Notes: generated by a model not told the origin, from the letters alone. A stretch of DNA of 55,949 bases, filler included, from Dugesia japonica (GCA_001938525.1; 4 parts of 4 records of this genome joined end to end with filler, not necessarily neighbours in it), one strand, 5' to 3'; positions 28,413-42,034 are shown, numbered from the whole stretch's first letter. Made by a program: numbers and translations.

Positions 28413-29650
28413 TATTAGGTTGTCATATATGAAATGTCCGATTACGTAATAGACAATAAAATCAATAAAAGTCCAATAAAATCAAATTTTATTTAAGTAA
28501 AATAGTCATCGTCGGATTCTACACCTTTTTGACATCTAGAAACTAGTTTCAAAATACCTTTAGCAAATATATTTATTTCTCTGGAGTCTATGAATTCGGA
28601 TATGGCCATTTTGACACCCTCCCGATTAGCAATGATTTTTTAAATAAAAAATTATCAAAATGTTTAAAAAAATGATAATCTGTCGGAGATAAGTCAGGCA
28701 ATTATGGTGAATGTGGCAAAGTTTCAATTTTTAAGTCTGTCAACTTTTGCGACGACTTCTTTGTCACATGTGATCGGGCATTATCATGCAAGAGTATGAT
28801 TCCTTTCCTATTGACCATTGAAGGCTGTTTAATGCATAATTATTTGTGCATTAATTCAATTTCAGAACAGGATTTGTCTGAGTTAATAGTTTGACCTTCT
28901 TCTAACAAAGAAAAATGTATGACTCCAGCTATAGACCACCAAACTGTCAGCATTGTCTTTTTCGGGTGTAAATCCGGTTTAGGACAGTGTAAAGGAGTTT
29001 GATCGGCATCTAACCATTGTGCAGAACGTCTACGATTGTAATGAATAACCCATTTTTCATCACAAGTGACAAGGCAATCTAAAAAAGATTCCGATTTATT
29101 TCGATCCAGCAGCATTTGGCAAATTTTCAATCTTTGCGATTTTTGGGAATTATTCAATAAATGAGGAACCCATTGGTCCATCTTTTTTTTCTTTCCAATG
29201 CCTTTCAAATGACGGGAAATTATTTGACGAGTAACGTCCAACGTTTTACTAAGTTGTCGTACTGATTCACTAGTGTTTAGTTCCACTTCACGTTTTACAT
29301 CGTCGTTGCTAATGACAACCCTGGGGCGCCCCCTTTCCACATTGACCCGGGTTAAATCACCATTTTGAAATTTGTCGAACCATCTCCGAAGAGTTCTTTC
29401 ATTAGCTGAACCCTNNNNNNNNNNNNNNNNNNNNNNNNNNNNNNNNNNNNNNNNNNNNNNNNNNNNNNNNNNNNNNNNNNNNNNNNNNNNNNNNNNNNNN
29501 NNNNNNNNNNNNNNNNNNNNNNNNNNNNNNNNNNNNNNATAATTTAAATAAATAGATTTTTAAAACAAATATTATATAATGATAATCAAATATTCCACCT
29601 TCAAAATGATATTTAAATAAGTTCTAAATGTTAAATATTACATAAAAATA
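28413..29650 (-). mobile_element. mariner element with disrupted transposase
   Basis: TATTAGGTTGTCATATATGAAATGTCCG TIR end; ERGRP, WVPHLL, VTCDEKWV, HPKKTMLTVWW, LHDNARSH and PDLSPTDYHFF. Confidence 0.9.
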
Positions 29651-29689
29651 TATTAGTTTAGAATATACCGAAAATGCTAGAGAAAATAA

Positions 29690-29992
29690 TTGGAAAAAGC
29701 CTTGTTGAAATCGTATTTGGAAAGAGAATATGTAGAGAAAAGGGTATTAAACTGAAACTCAAAGAGTGCGCTAAGAGCAAGATAAAAAGATATTAACCAA
29801 AAGTCAATTCAAGGTTGATAATGAGGTCTTAGTGAAAGTTTAAACAAGAAACAAGAACCAACATCGATTTAAAGGACTATATAAGATTAAGAGGAAGGTT
29901 CAAAAAAGATGTTAAATCATAGAAGATACAAACAGCAAAAGTCTTGAAAGAAACTTAGAGAAGATCAAAAAATTTCTTTAAAAAGGGATGCG
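29690..29992 (+). mobile_element. Gypsy integrase C-terminus and PPT remnant related to the element at 1-2610
   Basis: EIVFGKRICRE, DEVLVKV, RFKGLYKIKRKV, ERNLEKIKKF, then AAAAAGGGA-TG; parallels 2340-2624. Confidence 0.6.
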
Positions 29993-30578
29993 AGATAATT
30001 TTTGAAAGCAGGTTTGAATTTTTTGTATTTTGAAGAGGAATTTATTGAAATCAGATTTGTTAAATATTTAAAATTGAATCATTAAAATAATTTGTAAAAT
30101 AAATTTTAAAATTTATTTGTGTACATAGAACAAATATGAAATTTATAATTTGTGTAAAGTAGAAAATTTTAATTTGCAAAATATATTAAAATTTTATGTT
30201 TTTATATAATTTGTAAAATTATCAAATTTCTGATTTTCAACAAAATATATTTTTACTGTATTTTTAAATTTTACGTTATTAAAATTTTAAATAAACTAAA
30301 TTAATTGCATATTTTACAAAATGCTGATATTTAATATTTTTCGTTTCGATTATAAATTTTTAATTTGATTGCAAAAAACAAATTTATATTCATAGTTTTG
30401 TTTTGTGAATAAATTTTTTTATAGAAACGAGTTTGGGAATTAATCATCCAATGACTACTTCAAACTCATCTAACACAAACCAATTTGAATAGCAAAAAAA
30501 ATCTGTAAATTATAGAAATCAGTAACATTAATAAAAAATTTTAAATTACATCTGAAATTATAAAAATAATTATATCAA

Positions 30579-31518
30579 CTAGTTCAAATTTTTCATTAGG
30601 AAAGCAGAATGGTATAATTGATTTATTTTTGCTCTTTCTTTATAATTTCTTTTCAGGCAAGAACTTATGAACAATTTCATATCATCGCTACTATTCGGCG
30701 GGTAATAAACTTTGAGCTTTCCTGATAGGATATTTGATACCATTTTACGAATATCTAATTCGTGATGAGGATGTCTTCCTAAGTTATTCATAAAGAAATA
30801 ATATGCTACGAATTGTTNNNNNNNNNNNNNNNNNNNNNNNNNNNNNNNNNNNNNNNNNNNNNNNNNNNNNNNNNNNNNNNNNNNNNNNNNNNNNNNNNNN
30901 NTCTGGACTCATCCAATTGAGAGTGGCCACTGTTGATTGAACAACACCATTTAATAAATCTCCACTAGAAAGATCTATCAAAATATTAGCCAATCCAAAA
31001 TCACACAATTTCAAATCATCATTCTCATCCAACAATATGTTATTTCCTATCAAATATCAACATTATTATGTCAAATAATATTGAATTGCCTTTAAGATCT
31101 CTGTGCAATATTCTATTATCATGAAGATATTCCAGACCTTCCAATATTTGTCGAGCAAATTTAGCAATTCTAGGTTCAGGAAATGGGCCTTTACCTTTCA
31201 CATATGATCCAAGACTGCCCTGTATAATCAATTTAATTATTTTGATTCATTTCATTAATTACTTTCTCCATATATTCCATCAAAATACACAAACTGTGTT
31301 TTTTAATGAAATGATTTTCGTATTTAATAATTCTAGGATGAGATTTTAATTTGAAATAACAATTAACTTCTTGAAATTTTTCTTGTCGAGAAACCAAATC
31401 CTTAGATATATCAAACTTTTTCAATGCCAATATTTGATTTGTCTTTTCATTTCTGCATTTGTAAACCTTCCCAAACGATCCTTTGCCTAGTGAATCCTTC
31501 AGTTCAAAATCATGCTTT
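30579..31518 (-). CDS. Ser/Thr protein kinase catalytic domain, MAP3K/STE-like, spliced
   Basis: LGKGSFGKVY, ALKK, HPRIIKY, LMEYM, QILEGLEYLH, HRDLKG/NNIL, LKLCDFG, TLNWMSP. In-frame introns at 31262-31220 (GT-AG) and 31089-31047 (GC-AG); acceptor before 31518. Confidence 0.88.
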
Positions 31519-32269
31519 CTATAAAGTTAGCAAAATATTTTATCACTTGAAGAATTCTCGTTATTACAAATCAAAAGATTTTGTTTAAAATAAAATATAA
31601 TAAAAATTTATTCATAAAAGATGTTCTATAAAAATTTCGTCTAAAACATTATTCCATTTTTGGATCTATAAGAAAATACATCTAGCAGCTTGAGAATGCT
31701 GTAAATTTAACAGTCTTTTTTTTATATATTTACTATCATTTATACATTAGTTAAGAAATCAAAATTTCTTAATGGCATAATTTGAGTTCCAAATTATCGG
31801 AAACATCTGATTCTTCAAACAGAAATTTATCAATAACTGAGTCGCTTTTCACATGAAGAAAAAAAACCAAAAGTTGTGACATAGCGTTTAAAATAATTTT
31901 TCAAATCAATTGCAAAGAACCAATGAAATTATATTATTGTTAGTACACACATCCAAATATGGTTTAACGAAAGCATTTTGAATTTTAATTACAACTGTAT
32001 TCAAGATAAATAATATTTTCATTTTAATTTCCAATATTCTTCAAAACCTTAATCTAAAATAGTGTATTATTTTTCAAATTAAATAAATCTAATTATTGAC
32101 CAAATTTATATTGCAAAGTAATGTGAAAGAAATTAAACAGACGAAAGAAGATATAAAAAGTGTCGATTAAGTGTAAAGAAAATAAAGACAAGAAATTATA
32201 GATTTCGTAAGAGAAGAAAGATGCAGATGATTTAACAATGTCATTTATAAAATAACATCTCACATTTAT

Positions 32270-32670
32270 AAAGAAATATATAAGTAAACATGTAGAACAA
32301 GAATTAAAAAAAACCCTCAAGCAAAAATAAAATGAAGTTCTCAAAAATTTCCAATACAATCATAACATTTCACCAGAACAACATCATATAACATGGAAAA
32401 CTCTAGGAACATGTTAAATTTTCACACTTCTAAAGTAAAAGCAAAAAAAATCATTAATTAAAAAAGATAAATCTAAATTCAATGTAAATTATAATAATCA
32501 AAAAAAATTAACCAATTAAAATTCAATTCAATAAAATAAATTCTAAAACGTTTTCTATTTCAATAAATAAATCTTAAACAAATCAAATAATTCCTGAAGA
32601 ATATAATTATTGAAAATTTGAATTACTAACAACTAAAATACAGCATTTTGATCGAAATTTTTTTAATTAA
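32270..32670 (+). mobile_element. Penelope-like element 3' remnant: GIY-YIG endonuclease tail plus pLTR with hammerhead core
   Basis: YISKTCRTRIK...HITWKTLG; AATTC-CTGAAGA-...-GAAA-ATTT-GAATT at 32589-32624; homologous to ~54990-55210. Confidence 0.65.
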
Positions 32671-33772
32671 TTTATTTTTAATTAACAGTCGTTTTAAGTA
32701 GTCGAATTTTATAGGTTAGATAAAATAAATTAAATAACAAAATAAACGAAAAAAATAAAAAAAAAATTGCACGAAAAAAACCCTATTCTGGATAACATGG
32801 TGACATTTACTTGTTACTACTGCGAGTTAGCCAATCAACTGAAATATTTGAGAATAAATTTGTTGTAAAACAGTACATTTATATTCTGCGCCAATTTTAT
32901 TTATAAATAAGTGGAATAAATCCCAACTAAATTCGAAAAAAAATTAATTAAAAATTATCCCAAATGAGTTATTATTATAATTATTACTATAAAGAAATAA
33001 AAAGAAAAATATGCGTTGCATTGTCTTTGTGTCGATATATTTGTTACCTGTCAAATTGTATAATCATCATTGAATATATATCGAATGCAAATAGTTAAAG
33101 GATATTAAGGATAAGTTAATCAGAAGTATTATTGGATTAAAAAAAAACAAAAAGAAAGATGGTTTAGTAATGGAGAAAAGATAGGGAAATTTATAGATCA
33201 AATAGAAAATAAAAAAAGTTCAGATTGGATATTATGCGTTAATTAAGATAGAAGTAGAATTAAAAAGCAAATATAAATATGCAGATTCATAAAAAATAAT
33301 AAAACAAATCCATGATTAGGGAAAAAAAACAATTGAAAATGTTTAACTGTTGAACTGATTACATTGTAAAACTTTAAAATAAATTTATCTGTTATAATTC
33401 TACTATTCCGATAATATTCTTGCATTTAAATCAGCTTTCGAAATTATTTATACTAGTTTGTTCCATGATTTTCTTTGATTAATATTATTCTATGCAAAAT
33501 CAATTACCAAAACCAACGGTTTGTTACGCTTCAGATGCAAACCAGAGATATCAATGCATGTACTTTACGTATTTATGTTAAAATAAATTTGATATAAATT
33601 GATAAAACCTATAGATAAAAAAAACTTAAGTTATTCCTTTTAGAAATTTCATTTAATGTTGATTTTCTAGCAATTAATTTATCAATATTGCCACCCACTC
33701 ATTCAATGATAAATCAATTGATTATTATTTTATTGATTTGCAATCATAATTAATAAATCAATTTAATTTTAC

Positions 33773-34362
33773 TGGGCGAGTATTTCATAATAAATTGTTA
33801 TTTGCTTGCTATTAATTTCACTGTTATATAAATCTCGCAAATCTTGATCATTTCTGATTTGATTGATTTTACCAGAATCAGAATACAATTTTATAACTGA
33901 GTCATGAAGTTGATATTTCTTGCATATTTTGTTAATTANNNNNNNNATATCAGATATTTCTGTGATCGCAAATGATTCGTATTTTTCTGACAAAGGAATC
34001 ATTGAAGCATTGTACCAAATGTTACTCAGACGAGAACTATTATTAGATAATATTTGTTAAATATTTCATAATATTACGTAAGAATTGTCATATTTAATGT
34101 GTCGCCATTATTTATCCAATAATCATTTAATCGGTAATCATTTCTCATTTCTGAATCATTATAATTTAACTTGATTTGCTTCGAAGAAACACTCATTTTC
34201 TGACAAATCTGTTGTTTTAATATACCAACTGAGCCATATTTATTCGCATAAATGACATAACAATTGTGGTAATACTTTATATATAATGGTATAATATGGC
34301 AACTATCTAATTCAACAGTACATCCATTAATCAATTTGCATTGCATCAATGTTGTTACGTCA
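33773..34362 (-). CDS. Ubiquitin-like domain plus PB1-like domain exons
   Basis: SVGILKQQICQKMSVSSKQIKLNYNDSEMRNDYRLNDYWINNGDTLNM (Ubl); an in-frame 41-bp intron at 34077-34037 joins it to ...IKLYSDSGKINQIRNDQDLRDLY (PB1/OPCA-like); donor at 33772. Confidence 0.6.
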
Positions 34363-34462
34363 NNNNNNNNNNNNNNNNNNNNNNNNNNNNNNNNNNNNNN
34401 NNNNNNTTAATTAATTAANNNNNNNNNNNNNNNNNNNNNNNNNNNNNNNNNNNNNNNNNNNN

Positions 34463-34514
<52 letters not shown>

Positions 34515-37500
34515 TAATAATAATGACACTATTTAGAACATTTAAGAATAAGGATAAGTTATCAGAAATAGTTAAACTATTATATTCTTACACAAAAATC
34601 ATTTCTTTACAAAGTATTAGTGGTCCTATTAATGTAAAAACCGATTTATATGAGACTTTAATTTTTAGTAATTTATAGAATTTACAACAGTAATAACACT
34701 ATAAATGATATAAACAATCTTTTCAAAATAGATTTATTTTTCTTTGAGATTAGTCTAAACTAATTTTCAACACGATTCGATAAACCCTTAATGTTTATAA
34801 TATTTAATTTAATGTTATTATTTTGTAAATATAAAAATATTTATTTAATTTTTTCTCAAATTAAATTTTTTGAATTGTTCTATACTGATTAGAAATTAGT
34901 AATTATTACTTGAGAATATGTTGAATATTTCAAACAAACATATAATGTATTTCAAGGTTATTCTACACGCGATTTCTAATTGGACAAGGAATTCAACTTT
35001 CAATTTTAATTTCAATAATTTTGAATTATATCTGTCTCCTGATTATTATAAATAAATTCTTCTAGTACGTGTTAAATATTAACTATAATTAGTCTTAATA
35101 ATGCATTGATTAAATTTTATTAGTTTTGACCTTTGTAATATGGAATATTTTATTTAAATCAATCGCGAGACATTTTNCATCAGAATTATTTTTAGTACTA
35201 TAATAATAATAATGGTAATAATTATAATTATTATTTTTATTAATAATAATATTACATTAATATCATTTGCTTTCAATATTTATGTTGATTTTAAATTAAT
35301 TTACTTTATTATCTATTTTGTAATTTATTCTCGGACACTATAATGATAAGGTTTAGACTAATATACAAAATTTTCCGACATATATTTATTTATTTATTCA
35401 TTTAAATTATTAGAAAGAAAAAAAATGGATTTAATGATATCATTCTCATTGGTAAAAAATTGAAATACAAAATATAGTTATTAATAAAATTACGATAATC
35501 AATGAAACAACAGCCCTATCATTATCATTAAAAACGTTTTCGTAAACACTAACAAATATCATTCCACATTTGATAAATGCCAAAAAATAAGTTAATAATT
35601 AATCATATTTTTCCAGATTTTTTTTGTTTAAATGTGAATTGTTATTGATTGAGTTTGTGTGTTGTCACACTAAAATTGAGTGGGTAGTCTCATATAGAGA
35701 TGATCAAATTTCAATTGGAATTTGCTAAAACGTAACGTAGAAAAATTTTATTCGAATATTCTATGAATATTCATGTATTTATTTTATGATTGTAGTTTGT
35801 ACACTTCTTTTAACGTTATAGTTAAATATATGAACATTGTTAACAGAAATTGTTTAAATTAATAAGAAAATATTGAAATCAAAATTACGTGAAATAAATG
35901 AAAATTTTCTTTCAGTGGGTTAATTTTAAAAGGACAAAAAAAATTTTTTAAGTAAAATTTTGTAGAGGTTTTCAATCACGTTAAATAGTGAATGAATTGA
36001 ATATAAGCTAAATTTACAATATAAAAGCATGAATCTTTCTGTATGGTGCATCCGATTCCTGGAATACTAATGATTTTTTCGTTACCGTACAACCAGTATT
36101 CAGCTCTTCTGAATACCGGGATTTTAATACTGAAGACCTATCCATAAATGAAATTATTCAGATTTTCGACTACCCTCCTTCCTCTTGTCATAAAATGTCA
36201 GACTTCTTTAAATATAACGACAAAGCTCTGAACCGTCTTTACAAAAATGTTGGGCTGAAAAGGCCATTTAATAAAAGAAATATTAAAACTAAACGAAGCA
36301 GTGAAAAGAGGAGACAATAAGATTCACGATTAAATGAAGTGGTAAAAGGAATAGAAAAGCGATAATAAAGAATAAAATAAAATAACGGCTTCAATAAATC
36401 GATAAATTAAATGAAAGTAATTAAATTAATAACAATGAGAGAAATGAATAGAAAATAATAATCAGAATACAAGAAACAGATAAACCGGAATCATCGGAAT
36501 AAATTAAAATGTCGAATTATTGCATAAATTTAAGATTTAATTATTGAGAGAATTAAATAAACTCAGAAACCAATGATTATTAAATAAAAATATAATAAAA
36601 GGGGACATTAATAATCGAAAGTGCTCACGACAATGATGAACCGATTAAAGAAAGTAAATGATAAATTCAGAGATAAAATAATNATAATGAAATACTAAAT
36701 AAAGAACGTGAAAGAAAAGAATAATAATTCAATTATTAATTAATGAATACTTTATACCAGAAATATAAAAGGAATTTAATTCAATATGAAATGCTCAAAG
36801 AAATAATAATCAATGAATTAAAAGCATGAAAGCTCACATGATATAAATGTGGCTCACGAAAATAAAAAGCAACTCGAATAAACCAAAATTAAATGTATGA
36901 ATTATGTTAGGAAATGGTAAAGAAGAAATAATAAACGAAATCGAAATTAGAATGTGTGATATATTATTATTTATAATTATATNNNNNNNNNNNNNNNNNN
37001 NNNNNNNNNNNNNNNNNNNNNNNNNNNNNNNNAATATAATAAAATAATTAATGTAAGAAAGTAGGATTAAAACAAAAGTATTTTAATAAAAGATTTTATT
37101 AAAATTTATTGGAATTATTATAGAAAATAAATGAAATAGATTGGTATTATCATTATAGGTAAAAAACATTAAAGAAATTATTATTAGGCCGTTAGGAAAA
37201 ATCTAATTACTAAAATAAAGTCTTTTTATAAATAGACTGTAATATTATTGTTAATTTTAGTTAAATATTATTAATTATGAAGAAGGAATTGGAATTGANA
37301 GACCGGAATTATATGTAATAAAAGATAATAGAAAGTTAAATTAATATTTCAAAAGCATATTGAATTAATTACATTTATTCATGTAGAAATCTTTATGTAC
37401 ATTTTAGAAACAAACTATGGAAATTATTATTATTTTACAATAAATATTATTAAAATTATTATTATAGTATAAATAGTATTATGTAAAAGAAATAACTGGA

Positions 37501-39199
37501 ATACGGAAATCAGAATTAGATGCAAGGAAAGATCGTAATAAATTATGTTGGATTTTTATAATTATATTGAATTATTTATATTTGGTCATGTACATTTTCC
37601 AAATTATATACTCAGAACAGACTTTCAAGAATTATTATTTTAAATAATAAATATGATTATTTTTTAAAAGCAGCTCGTACCACATCAGAGGTTGCAATTT
37701 TTATAGGCACCAATACAGGTTTCAACTGATCGGTTTATTCTGAAACATGTGTCGCGTGAGTACCGCACATCATATGTAGATAAGAAAATTATGTGTATTG
37801 AGTGAGCACCAAACACAATGAATGTAATATCAACGAATAAAGTTTATATCGGGTGAGCACCGAGAAACACTAAAAATCTATGATGCTGATTGAGCACCGG
37901 TACTCATATGAGTATTGAAATTAATACAGATAAAAGATGAACATCTAAATGCAAATAAAAAAATGACTAAATTTAGACATTATGAACGTCGCATGATTCA
38001 GTAAATTTGTAGAAAAATTGAAGTGGGTACCTACACCACCTGTCAAAATATGACGATTAATTTTGATATAAAAGAAGTTACAATTTACACAAAATTTTTA
38101 ATTATTTGATATATCTCAAATCTCTTAAAAAATTTGTGACTCTGGTTATCTTATTGTTAAAAGTTACCAGTAGTTTTTATATTTCCAAAACTATCATCAA
38201 CAAACGAAAATTAATTTTTACTTTTATTTATTTATTAAAATTATATGATCGGAAGACTGGGACGATGTTTATCGTTGACTGGCAGCACTGGCAATGATGG
38301 ACATCAGTGCTCATAGATTCGAATTAATACGAGATTATCTACCATTACATTATAAGAGCCATGAAAGATGTTGTTATATTATGAAAGTCATAAAAGATGT
38401 TACTATATTATGAGATGATATTACGATATGAAAGTGGTTCATGAAAAATCCTATTATGTGAAGTGAGTTAATAATGAGATTGGTTGATGACAGTATGAAG
38501 AAAATGTAGAATATGAAAGCGATAGAGGTGTAGTTATGAAAGGATTACTGAACGAGGATGGTAATGAGAGATGTGGTTTAAAAATGAAATGAGGTGAATA
38601 CGAATTGGGTTGTTGAATTCTAGAAATAAATATGTCTCTATTTACTGATATGTGGAGGTTGAATTCTATCTAATGGTTATTCAGATATTTACTTTTTGTA
38701 CAGTTATATTGCGGTTGTGCCTGTAATGAAAATATTAAGTTGATGTTCGATTACCGATGAACTTTATTATTTTAATCATGTTTCATATTATTGTTTATAC
38801 ATAAATTATTATAAAATATAATTTGATACTTCATTATATAGAATTTTAATATAATAATGCACGTGGACCATTTGTTACGATAATGGAGATAGATTTCCAA
38901 GTGGTGGCACCTAATGAATAAAGATTAATACGGATTATGACAAACACGAAACCTCAATTGACCACAGATTTATGAATTTATGTAGCTTATGCTAAATCAT
39001 GAAGGTTTCACGAAGATGATCTAACTCCTTCTACTCATGACGAATGATCGGTGATCTGCGATAGTAACTTGGTTAATTTAATTCTTTATTAAATGGATGT
39101 TGTCATACAAGAAGTGGTTGGTATTGATTAATATATCAATAATGATTAAACGTTATAATATTCTAATACTCAAAATACTCTCGTCATATAACGAAAACA

Positions 39200-39694
39200 A
39201 TGGCAAAAGATTCGCTAAGCAACGAGGGGTGCTTCTTTAATGCAAACTAATGTAACCGCATGCCTATTTTTTTGGATTCACTTGGATCGGATAGCACATA
39301 TGTAGATCCATGGTGGATTACGGAGGATCACCTCAAGTAGAAAGATTTTCAGATCACCAAGTTGAAAGAGCAAGTTTTTCAGCAGGCAGAGACTCTAGAG
39401 AATAACCGGAACATGCTTGAGCATTTACAAGAACGGGTGGATAACCAAGAACAGACTTGTTGAATTGACGGGAGAACGAGAAGTTCCATAAAAGGAACTA
39501 GTTGCATTGCTCGTTCGCTCTAACGAATTGGCTCAGCAACAACAGAGGTAAATAAAAGCATTACGTGCCACATACATTAAGACAGAGGAATATTCAAAGA
39601 TGTCAGATCGATTTTCTTTTAAATAAGGACCATATTGCAGCTGATCCTGATTCCATTATATGAAGAAGAAATTTTTGTCGAGACAGTTGTGTGA
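39200..39694 (+). pseudogene. 'PWWI' family coiled-coil protein, diverged copy 3
   Basis: FNAN*CNRMPIFLDSLGSDSTYVDPWWITEDHLK*KDFQITKLKEQ...ELVALLVRSNELAQQQQ aligns by eye with 12227-12896. Confidence 0.55.
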
Positions 39695-40604
39695 TTCAAA
39701 CTATCTGTTTACATTATAATATAGTTTTAGTTTTTAATTGTTTTCTTACTATCGGGCAAAATGTGCACATAGAATTTTACGAGGAATTAATGTGATAACA
39801 AGATTAAGTTGTGGTAAAGATTAAATTCGATGATTATAAAACTTAAATTTAGTTGATGATTTTCAATACGGATAAATTGACAAATTTCATTCATAAATAT
39901 AATTTGCTTTCAGTTATAAATTATAAATCTAAACACAAGATGAATGCTAATTTCTTCATAATTGCAGTGTAAAATCCGAGAAAGCTGACCGACTCATCAC
40001 TATCGGATATTCGGAAGAAGTAGTGTACTGTCCAAAGAAAGTTACAATCTGAAATCGTAGATCTACAACGAAAGAACTCATCGTTGCGTGAGGCAAACGT
40101 GAAATTGAAGGTAAAGGATCTGGTCTTACCACAATCTTAAATAATTGAATTGAATCCGGGAATGGGAGATTTTATTGCTAGAAAAAGCAACGAAAATGTC
40201 TGTGGTAACTAGGTATCATCCTCCCAGACAGAAATGATATTGAGGAGAAGAAAAAATTATTATCGAGATATTAAAAATAAAGATCAGGAGAAACGAATAT
40301 TAAAGCAACATCAAAAAGCCTAGCCACCCAACAAAAAGAACATTATTTCAAATAAAACATTTTATTCATGACATGCTCTGTCTGCTGAATGTTCTGATAT
40401 TTGTAAACCCTGACTTGTTTGAACAACTGGTAAAGAATGAGGAACAAATCTATATGTTGTAACCCTAAAATAAGAGCTTCTTGGTATAGAGGAGCACTTA
40501 TTGTTAGTGTATTTTACAATCTGTATCAAGTATTAGCTTGTTCTAATCTCTAGTCAAATTGCATTGTAACGAAAGTTCAGACCTTGTTGGTTTTGTTATT
40601 AAAA

Positions 40605-41163
40605 ATTTATTTTAAAAAATCAATAAAAATTCCCAGGCACGTGTTGCTGTATTGCATTTATATCGCATTCCTAATGCATTCATTATTAAAACATTGAGGT
40701 TGTTTGGATATTTATGTATGATAACGGAGAGTCTTGCTATTTTTGATATTATTGCAAGATTTTAGGCAGTCTTAAATTTAAATAAAATTAATTATTATGA
40801 CAAAATTTTCAAAGAGAGTAGTCTTTGTGATATTTACATGATAAAATATTCAAATAAAAACCTTTTTTTACAAGATGATAAAAACAGAACTTGTTTCATA
40901 AAAAATATATTACTAGTGACAATTTTCTATAAAAAACATTTTAGTCATACAATTTTTCCATAAAAACATTAGCGATGCAACTTTTAATAAAAAATCTCAT
41001 AAGCGAAGAAATTTTTAATAAAAAATCTTATTACATATTAATCATGCAATTTTTTTATAAAAAAAATTTTAGCGATGCCATTTTTAATAAAAAATGTCAT
41101 TATCAATGCCAGTATTAATAAAAAACATATTAGCTGAAGCCTTTTCTGTACAAAATGATAAAA
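40605..41163 (+). repeat. Left terminal inverted repeat (inner portion only)
   Basis: AAATCAATAAAAATTCCCAGGCACGTGTTGCTGTATTGCATT... is the reverse complement of ~47440-47902 with scattered substitutions; contains ~30-bp degenerate AAAAACATTAGCGATGCAATTTTT units. Confidence 0.9.
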
Positions 41164-41524
41164 AAAACGAAATTATTTTCATAAAAATCATAAATTCACG
41201 AAACCTTTCCATATATAACTAATAAGTATAAATAAAACTTATAAGAAAATATTTTTATGATTGTATATGGTTAATGAGTGTATTTTTTGCATATTTACCT
41301 TGTATTATTTACATAGCAACCGTGTAATATAGGGGTTATGAGTGTATTCTTTACATATTAACAGTGTACTAAGATGTTGTCATGCAAAATTATTAGTTCA
41401 TGAAATTAATTTATTCAAGATATTGTTTTTGTTTAGTTAATATTATAAAAAACCTAATTTTTTTACTAATTATAAAAAAAGAAAACAATTATCCAATAAA
41501 ACATTTATTACTACAACATTTTTT

Positions 41525-42034
41525 GTGATATTCTTCAGTCATCTTCAAATTTTTTCTTTTAAGGTTTCATAAAATTCCTGTTTTCATTGAAAAGGAAATC
41601 CAATTGAAGTTCTATGATGAAAATGTTCATAACTAGATTCATGTATATTACTGTTGTCTGTAATAAATGATTAAAATATTCATTCATCATCAATCGCATA
41701 TATTCATGAAGAAATTCTAGAAACATTTCATGTAATATCCCCAACGCTAATTCTAAGAAAAAATAAAGTTAAATAAAATAATAATAAATTAAACACTTAC
41801 CATAATAATTTTCATAATTTTTGTGTCCAATTTCAGTATAACCATCATCACCATCACTGTCATGTTTTCATCATCCAGTATTTGTTCATCTTGAATGATT
41901 GCTTGTTCATTTACTTTTTCTTCATTAATATTCATGGTTCCGTTATCAATGGCATCCTGGTTAGCAATATTTTTAAGATCTCTTCCGCTTTAATTCTGAT
42001 TTTCAAAAGAATTTACCAAAGTATTAAAATGCAT
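41525..42034 (-). pseudogene. Spliced acidic accessory gene of the Maverick, unknown product
   Basis: ATG at 42034 after a TATA box and initiator; intron 41800-41753 (GTAAGT...TTAG) joins ENYY to ELALGILHEMFLEF in frame; exon 1 has stops or frameshifts; overlapping AATAAA/TTTATT at ~41497-41509. Confidence 0.5.

Noticed and set aside
37756-37913. CRISPR-like array
   Set aside because: The repeat is only 8-10 bp, spacing is irregular, the context is eukaryotic and there are no cas genes.
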